64,000 nt of DNA from Gemmatimonadales bacterium (GTDB lineage: Bacteria > Gemmatimonadota > Gemmatimonadetes > Gemmatimonadales > GWC2-71-9): the NCBI GenBank assembly GCA_036262935.1, contig DATAHW010000025.1, positions 17,094-81,093 of the forward strand. The letters run 5' to 3'. Of this stretch, positions 24,868-34,314 are shown in pieces (position 1 is the stretch's first letter; each line of letters starts with the position of its first letter). The notes below the pieces were generated by a model. The model was not told the origin of the DNA, searched no databases, and saw only the letters and a program-made list of their open reading frames with translations. Both the position numbers and the translations under genes were made by a program.

Positions 24868-26215
24868 GCACGGCATCGGGATCGACCGCCGCCACCAGTG
24901 CCGCCTCCAGGGCGCCGAGCCCCTCGTCGATCAGCTCGTCGTCCGCCGTGAGGGGCGCCAGCACTCGGATGACGTTTCCCAACGTGCCGGCGGACAGCAG
25001 CACCAGCCCACGCGCGAGGGCCGCAGCCAGGACGCGCGCGGTGAGGGCCTTGTCGGGAGCGCGGGTCCCACGATCAGCCACCAACTCCATGGCCACCATC
25101 GCCCCCAGACCGCGGACATCACCGATACAGGCGAACCGCTCCGCCCATTCCTGGAACCGCGCCCGGATGCGGTTGCCGCTCCGCCGGCCCTTTGCCGGGA
25201 GGGACTCGGCCTCCATCGTATCGAGCACCGCCAGGCCCGCCACGCAGGCGAGCGGATTCCCGCCATAGGTCCCGCCGAGCCCACCCGGGTGCGGCGCCTC
25301 CATGACATCGGCCCGGCCCGTGACGGCCGCGAGCGGCAGACCCCCGGCCAGCGACTTGGCGGTCGTGATCAGATCTGGAACCAGCCCGTAGTGCTCGCAT
25401 GCGAAGAGCTTCCCCGTGCGGCCGAAGCCGGTTTGGATCTCGTCGGCGATGACCAGGACGCCGTGCGCCTTCGCGAACGCCGCGAGCGCCTCCACGTATT
25501 CTGCCGGAGCCGGCACGAAGCCGCCCTCGCCCAGCTCGAGTTCGATGACGATCGCTGCGACCGAGTCCGGATCGACCGTCGTGGCAAAGATCTGCTCCAG
25601 TTGTCCCGTGGTCGCCATGCAGCAGTGCTCGCCGGGCCTGTCGTTCGTGCAGCGATAGCAGTAGGGGTACGGGATCCGATACACCTCCGGCGCGAACGGG
25701 CCGAATCCCGCCTTGTAGGGCATGACCTTCGAGGTGAGCGCCAGCGCGAGATTGGTGCGTCCGTGGAATCCGTGCTCGAAGCAGACGACCGCCGGTCGGC
25801 CGGTAAAGTAGCGGGCGATTTTCACCGCGTTCTCGACCGCCTCCGCTCCGCTGTTCACGAACAGGGTGCGCTTCTCATGCGCGCCGGGCGTAACCCGGTT
25901 CAGCCGCTCGGCGAGTTCGATGTACGACTCATAGGTGGTGACCGGGAACCCGAGGTGCGCGAACCGGTCCAATTGTGCCCGTACCGCCGCCAGGAGCGCG
26001 GGATGCCGGTGGCCCGTGTTCACCACCCCGATGCCCCCCGCGAAGTCGATAAGGCGATTGCCGTCGGCGTCGGTCAACACCGCGCCCTCGGCGTGCACCA
26101 CTGCGATCGGTGTCACCGCCGGGACGCCGCGCGGAACGGCTCTTGCCCGGCGGGCCAGGAGCGCGCGGCTCCTGGGGCCGGGGATCTCGGTCTGAAGCTG
26201 GATGATGCCCGCCAT
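24821..26215 (-). CDS. gabT: 4-aminobutyrate aminotransferase (class III PLP aminotransferase)
   Basis: EIPGPRSRALL ... NSGAEAVENAVKIAR ... FHGRTNLALALTSKVMPYKAGFGPFAPEVYR ... ADEIQTGFGRTG ... TTAKSLAGG (PLP lysine). Confidence 0.9.
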   Translation of the reverse strand: MAGIIQLQTEIPGPRSRALLARRARAVPRGVPAVTPIAVVHAEGAVLTDADGNRLIDFAGGIGVVNTGHRHPALLAAVRAQLDRFAHLGFPVTTYESYIELAERLNRVTPGAHEKRTLFVNSGAEAVENAVKIARYFTGRPAVVCFEHGFHGRTNLALALTSKVMPYKAGFGPFAPEVYRIPYPYCYRCTNDRPGEHCCMATTGQLEQIFATTVDPDSVAAIVIELELGEGGFVPAPAEYVEALAAFAKAHGVLVIADEIQTGFGRTGKLFACEHYGLVPDLITTAKSLAGGLPLAAVTGRADVMEAPHPGGLGGTYGGNPLACVAGLAVLDTMEAESLPAKGRRSGNRIRARFQEWAERFACIGDVRGLGAMVAMELVADRGTRAPDKALTARVLAAALARGLVLLSAGTLGNVIRVLAPLTADDELIDEGLGALEAALVAAVDPDAVPTPWYPIPGRAPSTN

Positions 26216-26639
26216 GGGTGCCCCGAATGCGGAGGACGTAGGTAAGGTAAGGTACGAGTCGAGGCGGACGCCGCCGGCCCCGGACGCCCGCCGCGCATCC
26301 GCAGTCCATAATTATGCGCCCCACCTGCATATCGCCATGCAAGTTGTTGTCGCCAAGCCGATTGTATGTGAATGGAAGGAGCAATGTGGCGCAAATCACG
26401 GGGCGCCGCCATCCTGGGGGCTGGACAGCCCGTAGGTCTCCGGAGCTACAATGGCTGTACGCTCCCCCACCGGGACGAGCGTGTTTGCACCCTCCGACCA
26501 AGCGGGGGGTCCACTCTCGCGGCTGACGATCTCCTTGAGCTGCGAGCCCCCATCAGCGGCGGGGGCGAGGGAGCGGGCGGTGGCTGTGCCATCCCTGTAA
26601 CCAGACCGAGTGCCGCACCGACAATGAAACGAGGAGTTT

Positions 26640-27878
26640 GTGAGAGTCCTGATGTTGGGCGCCGGCGCGGTGGGGACCGTGTCCGCCCTCAAATTCGTGC
26701 AGGAGGCGATGCTCGAGCAACTCATCATCGCCGATGCGGTCTCCGCCCGCGCGTCCCTCCTGGCGGACCGCCTGCGTGATCCCCGGGTCTCGTGCCGCCG
26801 TCTCGATGCCGGAGACCGTGCCGCCGTGGCTCGCACCGCCCGTGAAGCCGGCACCACAATCGTTCTGAACGCGGCGCTCCCCGCCACCAACCTCGAGGTG
26901 ATGCGCGCCTGCCTCGCGGCCGGTTGCGACTACATCGATATGGCCAGTGGCGGCACCGATGATGACGGCATCCCCAAGCTGGATGACCAGTTCGCGCTCG
27001 ACGGGGAGTTCCGGGCGGAGGGGCGAGTGGCGCTGCTGGGAATGGGCGCCGATCCCGGCACCACCAACGTCTACGCCACCTATGCCGCGAAGCATCTGTT
27101 TGACGAAATCACCGAGCTGCACGTGCGCGACGGCGACAATTCCGTCTGCCAGGGGCACGACGGCTTCGTGGCGGCATTTAGCCCGTGGGTCTTCCTCGAC
27201 GAATGTCTGTGCCGGGCGGTTTCCTTTCGCGACGGCCGCTACCAGCTCGAGCCGCCCCTTACGGGCTGCGAGCCATTCGATTTTCCCGAGCTCGGCGTAC
27301 TCGACTGTTACTACGTGGATCACGAGGAGTCCAGGACGCTCCCGCGATTCTTCCCGACGGCGCGTCTGGTCGATTTCAAAATGTGCATGGATGACACGAC
27401 GGTGGAGACCCTGCGCGTGATCAAGCGACTTGGGCTGTCGGCCAAGCACCGCGTGCGCGTGGGCGACGTTTCGGTCGTGCCGCGTGACGTCGTCGTCTCG
27501 CTCCTCCCGCAGCCCAAGGACCTGGCGGGGCGCATGACGGGCCAGACCTGCGTCGGCGTCCTCGCGCGCGGGCTCAAGGACGGCCAGCCGCGCGCCTGCT
27601 ACATCTACAACGTCACCGACCATCAGACGGCCTACGCCGAACTCGGGGTCCAGGCCACGGCGTACCAGACCGGGATCCCACCGGTCATCGCCGCGCGGCT
27701 GATCCACCAGGGGCGGTGGAGCGGGCCCGGGGTACGCTCGCCAGAGGAGTTCGACCCCGATCCGTTCCTCGAACGCCTCGCGCGCGAGGGGATGCCGTGG
27801 AAGGTCCGGGACGACACCCCGCCGACCGTGAGCCCGAAGCTGCGTGCCCGGCCCTCACGCGAGGTCATGGCGGCATAG
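26640..27878 (+). CDS. Saccharopine dehydrogenase family oxidoreductase
   Basis: VLMLGAGAVGTV Rossmann motif. GCDYIDMASGG. 412 aa. GTG start after GAGGAG. Confidence 0.85.
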   Translation: MRVLMLGAGAVGTVSALKFVQEAMLEQLIIADAVSARASLLADRLRDPRVSCRRLDAGDRAAVARTAREAGTTIVLNAALPATNLEVMRACLAAGCDYIDMASGGTDDDGIPKLDDQFALDGEFRAEGRVALLGMGADPGTTNVYATYAAKHLFDEITELHVRDGDNSVCQGHDGFVAAFSPWVFLDECLCRAVSFRDGRYQLEPPLTGCEPFDFPELGVLDCYYVDHEESRTLPRFFPTARLVDFKMCMDDTTVETLRVIKRLGLSAKHRVRVGDVSVVPRDVVVSLLPQPKDLAGRMTGQTCVGVLARGLKDGQPRACYIYNVTDHQTAYAELGVQATAYQTGIPPVIAARLIHQGRWSGPGVRSPEEFDPDPFLERLAREGMPWKVRDDTPPTVSPKLRARPSREVMAA

Positions 27879-27996
27879 CCGCGGCGGGGCACCCGGATCC
27901 TTCGTGCCGTTCGTGCCTGCGTGGTAAATTGGCCAGAGACTCCATACATCCGACGGCGGCACGAACGGACCGGAGGCGTAGACCGGAGGCGTAGAG

Positions 27997-29499
27997 ATGA
28001 CGAGTGCAGCGAGAGCGGGCGGCGCGGCCCAGAACGCCGACGTCCGCCGATACCAGATGTATATCGACGGGCAGTTCATGGATGCCGGGGATGGCGAGAC
28101 GTTCGAGGTGTTCGACCCGAGCACCGAAGGCGTCATCGCGACCTGCCCCGCCGGCGGTGCGGAGGATGTCGACCATGCCGTGAGGGCGGCGCAGCGGGCC
28201 TTCTACGACGACGGCTGGCGCGGGGTCAGCGCACAGGACCGTGGGCGCATTCTGTTCCGCCTGGCCGAGCGGATCCGCGCCCGGCGCAGCGAGCTCGCCG
28301 AGCTCGAAACGCTCAACTCGGGCAAACCGATCGTCGAGTCCGAGTACGACATGGATGACGCCGCCACCTGCTATGAGTATTACGGCGGCCTGGCCACCAA
28401 GATCAACGGCGAGGTCCTGCCGGTACCCGCCGACGCGATCGCCTTCGCCCTGCGGGAACCGGTGGGCGTGGCAGGGCAGATCATCCCCTGGAACTACCCG
28501 CTGCTGATGGCCGCGTGGAAGATCGCCCCCGCCCTCGCCGCCGGTTGTACCGTCGTGATCAAGCCGGCCGAGCAGACACCGCTCACCCTGCTCGAGCTGG
28601 CCAGGGAGTTCGAGGCTGCGGGGCTCCCGCCCGGCGTGGTCAACGTCGTCACCGGCGATGGTCCGGGCGCCGGCGCGCCCCTGGTGGCGCATCGTGGCGT
28701 GCGGAAGATCGCCTTCACCGGCAGCGCCGAGGTGGGGAAGCTCATCATGCGGAGCGCCGCCGACCAGCTCAAGCGCGTCTCGCTCGAACTGGGCGGCAAG
28801 TCGCCCAATATTTTCTTCAGCGACGCGGATTTCGAGAACGCGGTCGACGGCGCCCTGTTCGGAACCTTTGTCAACCAGGGCGAAGTCTGCTCGGCCGGGA
28901 GCCGCGTGCTCGTCCAGCGTGACATCTACCGCAAGTTCATCGATGCCGCGGCCGCCAAGGCCAGGACCATCCGTCTGGGCCCGGGCCTCGAGCGCGACAC
29001 CAGGATGGGTCCGCTGGTGAGCGCCGAGCAGCGCGACCGCGTGGCCGGCTACCTCCGCATCGGCCGGAGCGAGGCGAAGCTGGCAGCCGGCGGCGGCGTG
29101 CCGGCGCAGTTCGACAAGGGCTGGTACGTCGAGCCGACGATCTTCTACGACGTGGACAACTCGGCGACGATCGCACAGGAGGAGATCTTCGGCCCGGTCA
29201 TGAGCGTGATTCCGTTTACCGACGAGGCGGACGCCATCCGGATCGCCAACGCCACCCCCTACGGCCTCGCCGCCGCCGTCTGGACCCGGGACATCTTCAA
29301 GGCCTTCCGGGTCGTGAAGGCGCTGGAGGCGGGGATCGTGTGGGTCAATCACATGCAGCCCACCTTCGTCGAGGCGCCCTGGGGTGGATACAAGGCGTCG
29401 GGGTTCGGGCGTGAGCTCGGGCACTGGGGCGTGGAGGAGTATCTCGAGACGAAGCAGGTATTCATCAACCTGGACGAGAAGCCGATCGGCTGGTATTGA
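27997..29499 (+). CDS. NAD(P)-dependent aldehyde dehydrogenase (betaine/aminobutyraldehyde dehydrogenase-like)
   Basis: VSLELGGKSPNIFF (catalytic Glu), FVNQGEVCSAGSR (catalytic Cys) and EEIFGPV. Confidence 0.95.
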   Translation: MTSAARAGGAAQNADVRRYQMYIDGQFMDAGDGETFEVFDPSTEGVIATCPAGGAEDVDHAVRAAQRAFYDDGWRGVSAQDRGRILFRLAERIRARRSELAELETLNSGKPIVESEYDMDDAATCYEYYGGLATKINGEVLPVPADAIAFALREPVGVAGQIIPWNYPLLMAAWKIAPALAAGCTVVIKPAEQTPLTLLELAREFEAAGLPPGVVNVVTGDGPGAGAPLVAHRGVRKIAFTGSAEVGKLIMRSAADQLKRVSLELGGKSPNIFFSDADFENAVDGALFGTFVNQGEVCSAGSRVLVQRDIYRKFIDAAAAKARTIRLGPGLERDTRMGPLVSAEQRDRVAGYLRIGRSEAKLAAGGGVPAQFDKGWYVEPTIFYDVDNSATIAQEEIFGPVMSVIPFTDEADAIRIANATPYGLAAAVWTRDIFKAFRVVKALEAGIVWVNHMQPTFVEAPWGGYKASGFGRELGHWGVEEYLETKQVFINLDEKPIGWY

Positions 29500-31268
29500 G
29501 CACCGTGGTCCAGGAGATACTTCCGCCCGCCAACGACCTCGAGCTCGACGCCGCGCTGCTCCAGGCCGCCATCACGGGTGCGCTGGTCCTGCTCTGCGCG
29601 TTCCTGTTCCAGCGGCACCGGAAGCCCTACTTCGCCTGGTGGGCCGCCGCCTGGGGACTCTACCTGCTCCGCGTCGGTGCGATCACCAGCTTCCTGCTCA
29701 CCTCGAATCGCATTTGGCTCTATTGGCACCAGGTCGTCACCGGCTGGACCGCGTTGGCGCTGCTCGCCGCCGCGCTCGTCTTCTCCCAGCGGATCCGGTG
29801 GCGGCCGTGGTATTTGGCGGTGGTCCTCTTCCCACCCGTGTGGTCGTACATCGCGATCTATCGACTCAACCACTTCGCCTGGGCGGTGGGGCCGGCGGTG
29901 GCGTTCCTGAGTCTAGCCACGCTGTGGACCGGATGGGTGTTCTACCGCTACCGGCGACGGGTCGCGTCCAGCGGCGCCACGCTGCTGGCCGTCGCGTTTG
30001 GCCTCTGGGGCCTGCACCACCTGGATTACCCGTTCCTTCGCGCCCGGGGTGCCTGGGCGCCCTGGGGGTATTACCTCGATATCCTGCTCGCGCTGGCCGT
30101 TGGCACCGGCATCCTGCTGCTCGTGCTGGACGACCTTCGCCGAGGGCTCAGCGCGCTGTCCGCGCTCTCGGGCGATCTGCAGCCCGCCGATCGCGAACAG
30201 GATGTCCTCGCAGCCCTGCTGGCGCGGCCACTGACGCTCCCCGCAGTCCGGGGCAGCGCCCTCTACCTCTACGATCAGGGGCAGCCGCGGCTGGTGCGCG
30301 GCGCGGGAGTATGCGAATGGCGGGGCGGCACCCAGCTTGACGAGGACGCCGCGGCGACCCTCGTCCGCGTCCTGGAGACCGGCCGCCCGCAGGTGACCGG
30401 CGCGTGGCGCGCATCCGGGGCCGCGTACCCCTACGCGGCGGCGCTTCCTCTCCTCAGGCGCCACGAAGTCATCGGCGCGCTCGTGCTGGTGGGCGACGCG
30501 CGCGACCCGTTCACGGCTCTGGACGACCGGTTCCTCGTCGCCCTGGGCCAGCAGGTGGGCGCCGCGCTCGAGAACGCCAATCTCTACGCCCGGCTCCAGG
30601 CCCGCACCGTCGAGCTGGCGCGGCTCTCCGCCCGGATGATCGCGCAGCACGAGGACGAGCGCCGGCGGCTCTCGCGCGAGCTGCACGACGAGACGGCGCA
30701 GGTCTTTTCCGCCGTCAAGATGGAGCTGGGCATACTCCGCGACGCTGTCGGCCCGGACCACGCCGAGCGGCTGGGCCGCTCGCTCGCGCTGATCGATACC
30801 GGGATCCAGAGCATCCGCAGCGTGACGAACGCCCTCCGCCCGTCGCTGCTCGACGACCTCGGCCTGCTCCCCGCCCTTCGCTCGCTCGTGGCCGATTTCG
30901 GCTCGCACAGCAGCATTCGCATCGCGCTGCAGGCGCCGGGCGCGCTCCCTCCGCTCTCCAAGGAGGCGGAGCTCGCGCTGTTCCGCGCGCTCCAGGAAGG
31001 CCTCTCGAATGTCCGCCGCCACGCCGGCGCGGGCAGCGTCGAAGTAGCGATCGCAGCGGAGGCCGGCGGCGTGCGGCTGACGGTTCGAGACGACGGCCAG
31101 GGGCCTCCCGAGGCCAGTCCCGAGCAGCTCGAGCGCGAGGGCCACATGGGGCTCGCGGGAATGCGTGAGCGAATCAGCGCGCTCGGCGGCAGCGTGCGGT
31201 TCAGCGGAGCGCGGGGGACCGGCGCGTCGCTCGAGGTGCTGGTGCCGGTCGGAGCGGGCGTGACATGA
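29496..31268 (+). CDS. Sensor histidine kinase (multi-TM N-terminus, GAF, HisKA_3, HATPase)
   Basis: ERRRLSRELHDETAQ H-box of the NarX/LiaS type. N and G boxes (EGLSNVRRHA, DDGQG, GLAGMRER). The TTG start overlaps the aldehyde dehydrogenase stop. Confidence 0.9.
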   Translation: MSTVVQEILPPANDLELDAALLQAAITGALVLLCAFLFQRHRKPYFAWWAAAWGLYLLRVGAITSFLLTSNRIWLYWHQVVTGWTALALLAAALVFSQRIRWRPWYLAVVLFPPVWSYIAIYRLNHFAWAVGPAVAFLSLATLWTGWVFYRYRRRVASSGATLLAVAFGLWGLHHLDYPFLRARGAWAPWGYYLDILLALAVGTGILLLVLDDLRRGLSALSALSGDLQPADREQDVLAALLARPLTLPAVRGSALYLYDQGQPRLVRGAGVCEWRGGTQLDEDAAATLVRVLETGRPQVTGAWRASGAAYPYAAALPLLRRHEVIGALVLVGDARDPFTALDDRFLVALGQQVGAALENANLYARLQARTVELARLSARMIAQHEDERRRLSRELHDETAQVFSAVKMELGILRDAVGPDHAERLGRSLALIDTGIQSIRSVTNALRPSLLDDLGLLPALRSLVADFGSHSSIRIALQAPGALPPLSKEAELALFRALQEGLSNVRRHAGAGSVEVAIAAEAGGVRLTVRDDGQGPPEASPEQLEREGHMGLAGMRERISALGGSVRFSGARGTGASLEVLVPVGAGVT

Positions 31269-31918
31269 GCGAGCCGCCGATCCGCGTCCTCGTGGCAGAC
31301 GACCATGCGATCGTCCGCACCGGCATCCGGCACGTGCTCGAGGGTGAGCCCGGATTCGAGGTGGTGGCCGAGGCGTCCACCGGCACGGAAGCCGTCGCGC
31401 TCGCGCTGGCACTGCGGCCGGATGTGGCGGTGCTTGACATCTCCATGCCCGGACTTACGGGCATCCAGGCCGCAGCGGAGCTGCGCCGAGGCTCGCCCGA
31501 GACGCGGGTGCTCATCCTCAGCATGCACGACAACACCGAGTATGTGCTCGAGAGCCTCCGGGCGGGGGTGCACGGCTATCTGCTCAAGGACGGCGCCGCG
31601 GCGGAGCTGGGGGACGCAATCCGGGCGGTGTGCCGCGGCGAGTCCTTCTTCAGCCCGCCCGTCGCCTACCGACTCGGGGCCGTGGTGCGCGGCGAAGTGG
31701 GCGGCGGCGCGGCCGAGGTGCTCGCGCAGCTCACGGCACGGGAGCGCCAGGTACTCGTCGGCGTGGCCCGGGGGCAGACGAACAAGCAGATGGCGCAGGA
31801 ACTTGGGATAAGCCACCGCACGGTGGAAAGCCACCGCGAGAGCCTCATGCGCAAGCTGGGCGTCTATACGGTGGCGGGACTCACCAGGATCGCGCTGGAG
31901 GAGAGGCTGCTCCCGTAG
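31265..31918 (+). CDS. NarL/LuxR-family response regulator
   Basis: IRVLVADDHAIVR ... DVAVLDISMPG ... LTARERQVLVGVARGQTNKQMAQELGISHRTVESHR. Confidence 0.95.
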   Translation: MSEPPIRVLVADDHAIVRTGIRHVLEGEPGFEVVAEASTGTEAVALALALRPDVAVLDISMPGLTGIQAAAELRRGSPETRVLILSMHDNTEYVLESLRAGVHGYLLKDGAAAELGDAIRAVCRGESFFSPPVAYRLGAVVRGEVGGGAAEVLAQLTARERQVLVGVARGQTNKQMAQELGISHRTVESHRESLMRKLGVYTVAGLTRIALEERLLP

Positions 31919-31934
31919 CCGTTATATTGCCGCG

Positions 31935-33029
31935 ATGAGCAAGGTCAGAACCGGCATTGTCATGATGAACCTCGGCGGCCCCGCCAACCTTGCGGAGGTC
32001 GAGCCTTTCCTGCTCGAGCTGTTTGCCGATCGGGAGATCATTCGCCTCCCGATGCAGCGCTGGCTGGGCCCGTTCATCGCGCGGCGGCGGGCGCCGAAGG
32101 TGCGCGGACTATACGAGAAGATCGGTGGGGGATCCCCGATCCTCCGGTACACGGAAGCCCAGGGGCGTGGGATGGTAGAGCGGCTCGACCGGCTTTCGCC
32201 GGACACCGCGCCCCACGGGTACTACGTGGCCTTTCGGTATGCCCGGCCCAAGAGTGAGGACGCCCTCCGCGCGATGGCCGCGGACGGCGTGGAGCGTGCG
32301 GTGGCGTTTACCCAGTATCCCCAATTCTCCTGCAGTACCACCGGCTCGAGCCTGAACGAGCTCTGGCGCGCCGCGGAGCGGACCGGGCTGCGGCGGGCGT
32401 TCGAGTGGAGCATCATCGACCGCTGGCCGGTGCACGATGGATTCATCGAGGCAATGACCGAGACCGTGCGGGAGGGATTGGATCGGTTCGACCCGGCGGA
32501 CCGCGACCGGGTGCTCCTCCTGTTCAGCGCGCACTCCCTTCCGCTCGAGGTCATCGACCGCGGCGACTCCTATCCGCAGGAGATCGGCGCCAGCGTGCAG
32601 GCCGTCGTCGAGCGGCTCGGCCGGCCCAATCCATATCTCCTCGCGTACCAGTCGGAGGTCGGCCCGGTCCGCTGGCTCGGCCCGAGCACGGAGCGGGTCA
32701 TCCGGCGGCTGGGCGCGCGTGGCCAGAAGGAGCTGCTCGTCGTCCCCATCGCGTTCACCAGCGATCATATCGAGACGCTGTCCGAGCTCGACCGCGAGTA
32801 CGGCGAGGTGGCGCACCGGTCGGGGATTACGCAGTACCGGCGGACCCCCGCGCTCAACGATCGCCCGCGGTTCCTGGACGCTCTCGCGGATGTGGTGCGC
32901 GAGCACCTCGCATCGGGGGCGGTCCACAGCACGCTGTACCCCACGCGCTGCCCCGGGTGCGAGAACACGCAGTGTCGTCAGATCATCAATGGGGTGGGAG
33001 CGGTGCAGGCGGCAGGCAGCAGGAACTGA
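31935..33029 (+). CDS. hemH: Ferrochelatase ([2Fe-2S]-type Cys motif)
   Basis: GIVMMNLGGPANLAEVEPFLLELFADREIIRLP and YPQFSCSTTGSS. The C-terminus has C-x2-C-x4-C (CPGCENTQC). Confidence 0.9.
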   Translation: MSKVRTGIVMMNLGGPANLAEVEPFLLELFADREIIRLPMQRWLGPFIARRRAPKVRGLYEKIGGGSPILRYTEAQGRGMVERLDRLSPDTAPHGYYVAFRYARPKSEDALRAMAADGVERAVAFTQYPQFSCSTTGSSLNELWRAAERTGLRRAFEWSIIDRWPVHDGFIEAMTETVREGLDRFDPADRDRVLLLFSAHSLPLEVIDRGDSYPQEIGASVQAVVERLGRPNPYLLAYQSEVGPVRWLGPSTERVIRRLGARGQKELLVVPIAFTSDHIETLSELDREYGEVAHRSGITQYRRTPALNDRPRFLDALADVVREHLASGAVHSTLYPTRCPGCENTQCRQIINGVGAVQAAGSRN

Positions 33030-33031
33030 TT

Positions 33032-34225
33032 TTACTTTTCGCGGATGGTCCGGCTCACCGGATAGAGCACGCGACGCACCAGGCGCTCCGCCATCTCGCG
33101 CACTATCCCCTGCTCCTGCTCCGACAGATTGGCCAGTTGGGCGAGCGCCCAGTCCGATTCCTGCTCGGCCATCTGCGCTCCCAGGCGGTGCAGCTCGGTC
33201 AGCCGGGGCGCCGCGGCCCTCCCTCGGAGCGAACGCTCGAGTCGGATGATCTCCTCATCCAGCAGGCGCTCCGCGTCGCGCAGGGCGGCGGCCGGGGCGG
33301 CCGCGGCCGGGCAGCAGAGCCGCTGGAGATCGTCTAGATCGAAGAGCTGCACGCCCGGCAGGTGCCGGGCCTCGGGTTGTACGTTGCGCGGCATACCGAG
33401 ATCCACGACGACGAGTCGGCTCCCCGCCCGGGTCCCGACGGCTCCGGCAAGCTGCTCGAAGCTCAGGACCGGCCGCGACGCCGAGGTTGCCACCACCAGC
33501 AGATCGGCGGCGGCCGCCAGACCCGGCAACGCATCCCACCCATGCGGTTCGGCACCCCATGCGGCCGCTAGCACGCTGGCGCGGTCCGCACTCCGGTTCA
33601 CCAGTGCCACACTCCTCGTCCCCTGCCGGTGCAGCGACCGGAGCACGCCCTCGGCTGCCTCTCCCGCCCCAAGCACCACCACCTGCCGCCCCATGAGACC
33701 GTCACCCCACTCCTTGGCGGCGAGGTCCACGGCCGCCGAGCTGACTGATCCGGGGTGGCGGCCGAGCATTGTCTCGTGACGCACCCGCCGGCCGGTCGCG
33801 AGCGCCGCCGAGAAGATCGCGTCCATCTCCCGCGTCGTGGTTCCGGCCGCACGCGCGGCGTCGTAGGCCCGTCGCACCTGGCCCAGGATCTCGGTCTCGC
33901 CGAGAATCTGCGAATCGAGGCCGGCGGCCACCGTGAACAGGTGGCGCACGGCCTCGTATCCGTCACGCCGGACGATCTGACCGTCCAGGCTGACACCTCT
34001 GGCTTCCGCAAGCGCGCGAAACCATGGCTCGCGGTCCTGCGGCCCGCACCAGTAGAGCTCGCATCGGTTGCAGGTGAACAGGAGCAGGGCCGAGCGGCCG
34101 GTGGCCTGCTCCTGAGCGAGTACGGACGCCAGCTCGGCGGGGGCGCAAGCCAACTGCTCCCGAATGCCGACACCGGCTGTATGGTGGCTTACGCCAAGAA
34201 CGTGGAACACCAGATCCTGGGGCAC
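33032..34225 (-). CDS. hemA: Glutamyl-tRNA reductase
   Basis: VLGVSHHTAGVGIRE ... LLFTCNRCELYW (catalytic Cys) ... VVVLGAGEAAEGV NADPH motif. Confidence 0.9.
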   Translation of the reverse strand: MPQDLVFHVLGVSHHTAGVGIREQLACAPAELASVLAQEQATGRSALLLFTCNRCELYWCGPQDREPWFRALAEARGVSLDGQIVRRDGYEAVRHLFTVAAGLDSQILGETEILGQVRRAYDAARAAGTTTREMDAIFSAALATGRRVRHETMLGRHPGSVSSAAVDLAAKEWGDGLMGRQVVVLGAGEAAEGVLRSLHRQGTRSVALVNRSADRASVLAAAWGAEPHGWDALPGLAAAADLLVVATSASRPVLSFEQLAGAVGTRAGSRLVVVDLGMPRNVQPEARHLPGVQLFDLDDLQRLCCPAAAAPAAALRDAERLLDEEIIRLERSLRGRAAAPRLTELHRLGAQMAEQESDWALAQLANLSEQEQGIVREMAERLVRRVLYPVSRTIREK

Positions 34226-34279
34226 GTTCGAAGGCTACATACCAGTGGGGGGCGGGACAATCCGCATCCCACCGGAGGG

Positions 34280-34303
34280 CCCCTCCGTAGTTCTACGGAG
34301 GGG
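34280..34303 (-). terminator. Stable hairpin after hsp20 (no clear U-tract)
   Basis: CCCCTCCGTAG (34280-34290) / CTACGGAGGGG (34293-34303), 12 nt below the hsp20 stop. Confidence 0.3.
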
Positions 34304-34314
34304 CGGTGGGTTGG

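Noticed and set aside
26372-26779. 135-aa + strand ORF behind the strong GGAAGGAG site, considered as a real gene.
   Set aside because: Third-position G/C is poor compared with neighbouring genes. The ORF runs out of frame into the well-supported saccharopine-dehydrogenase gene. Only the ribosome-binding site and first codons are kept, as a possible leader (see findings).
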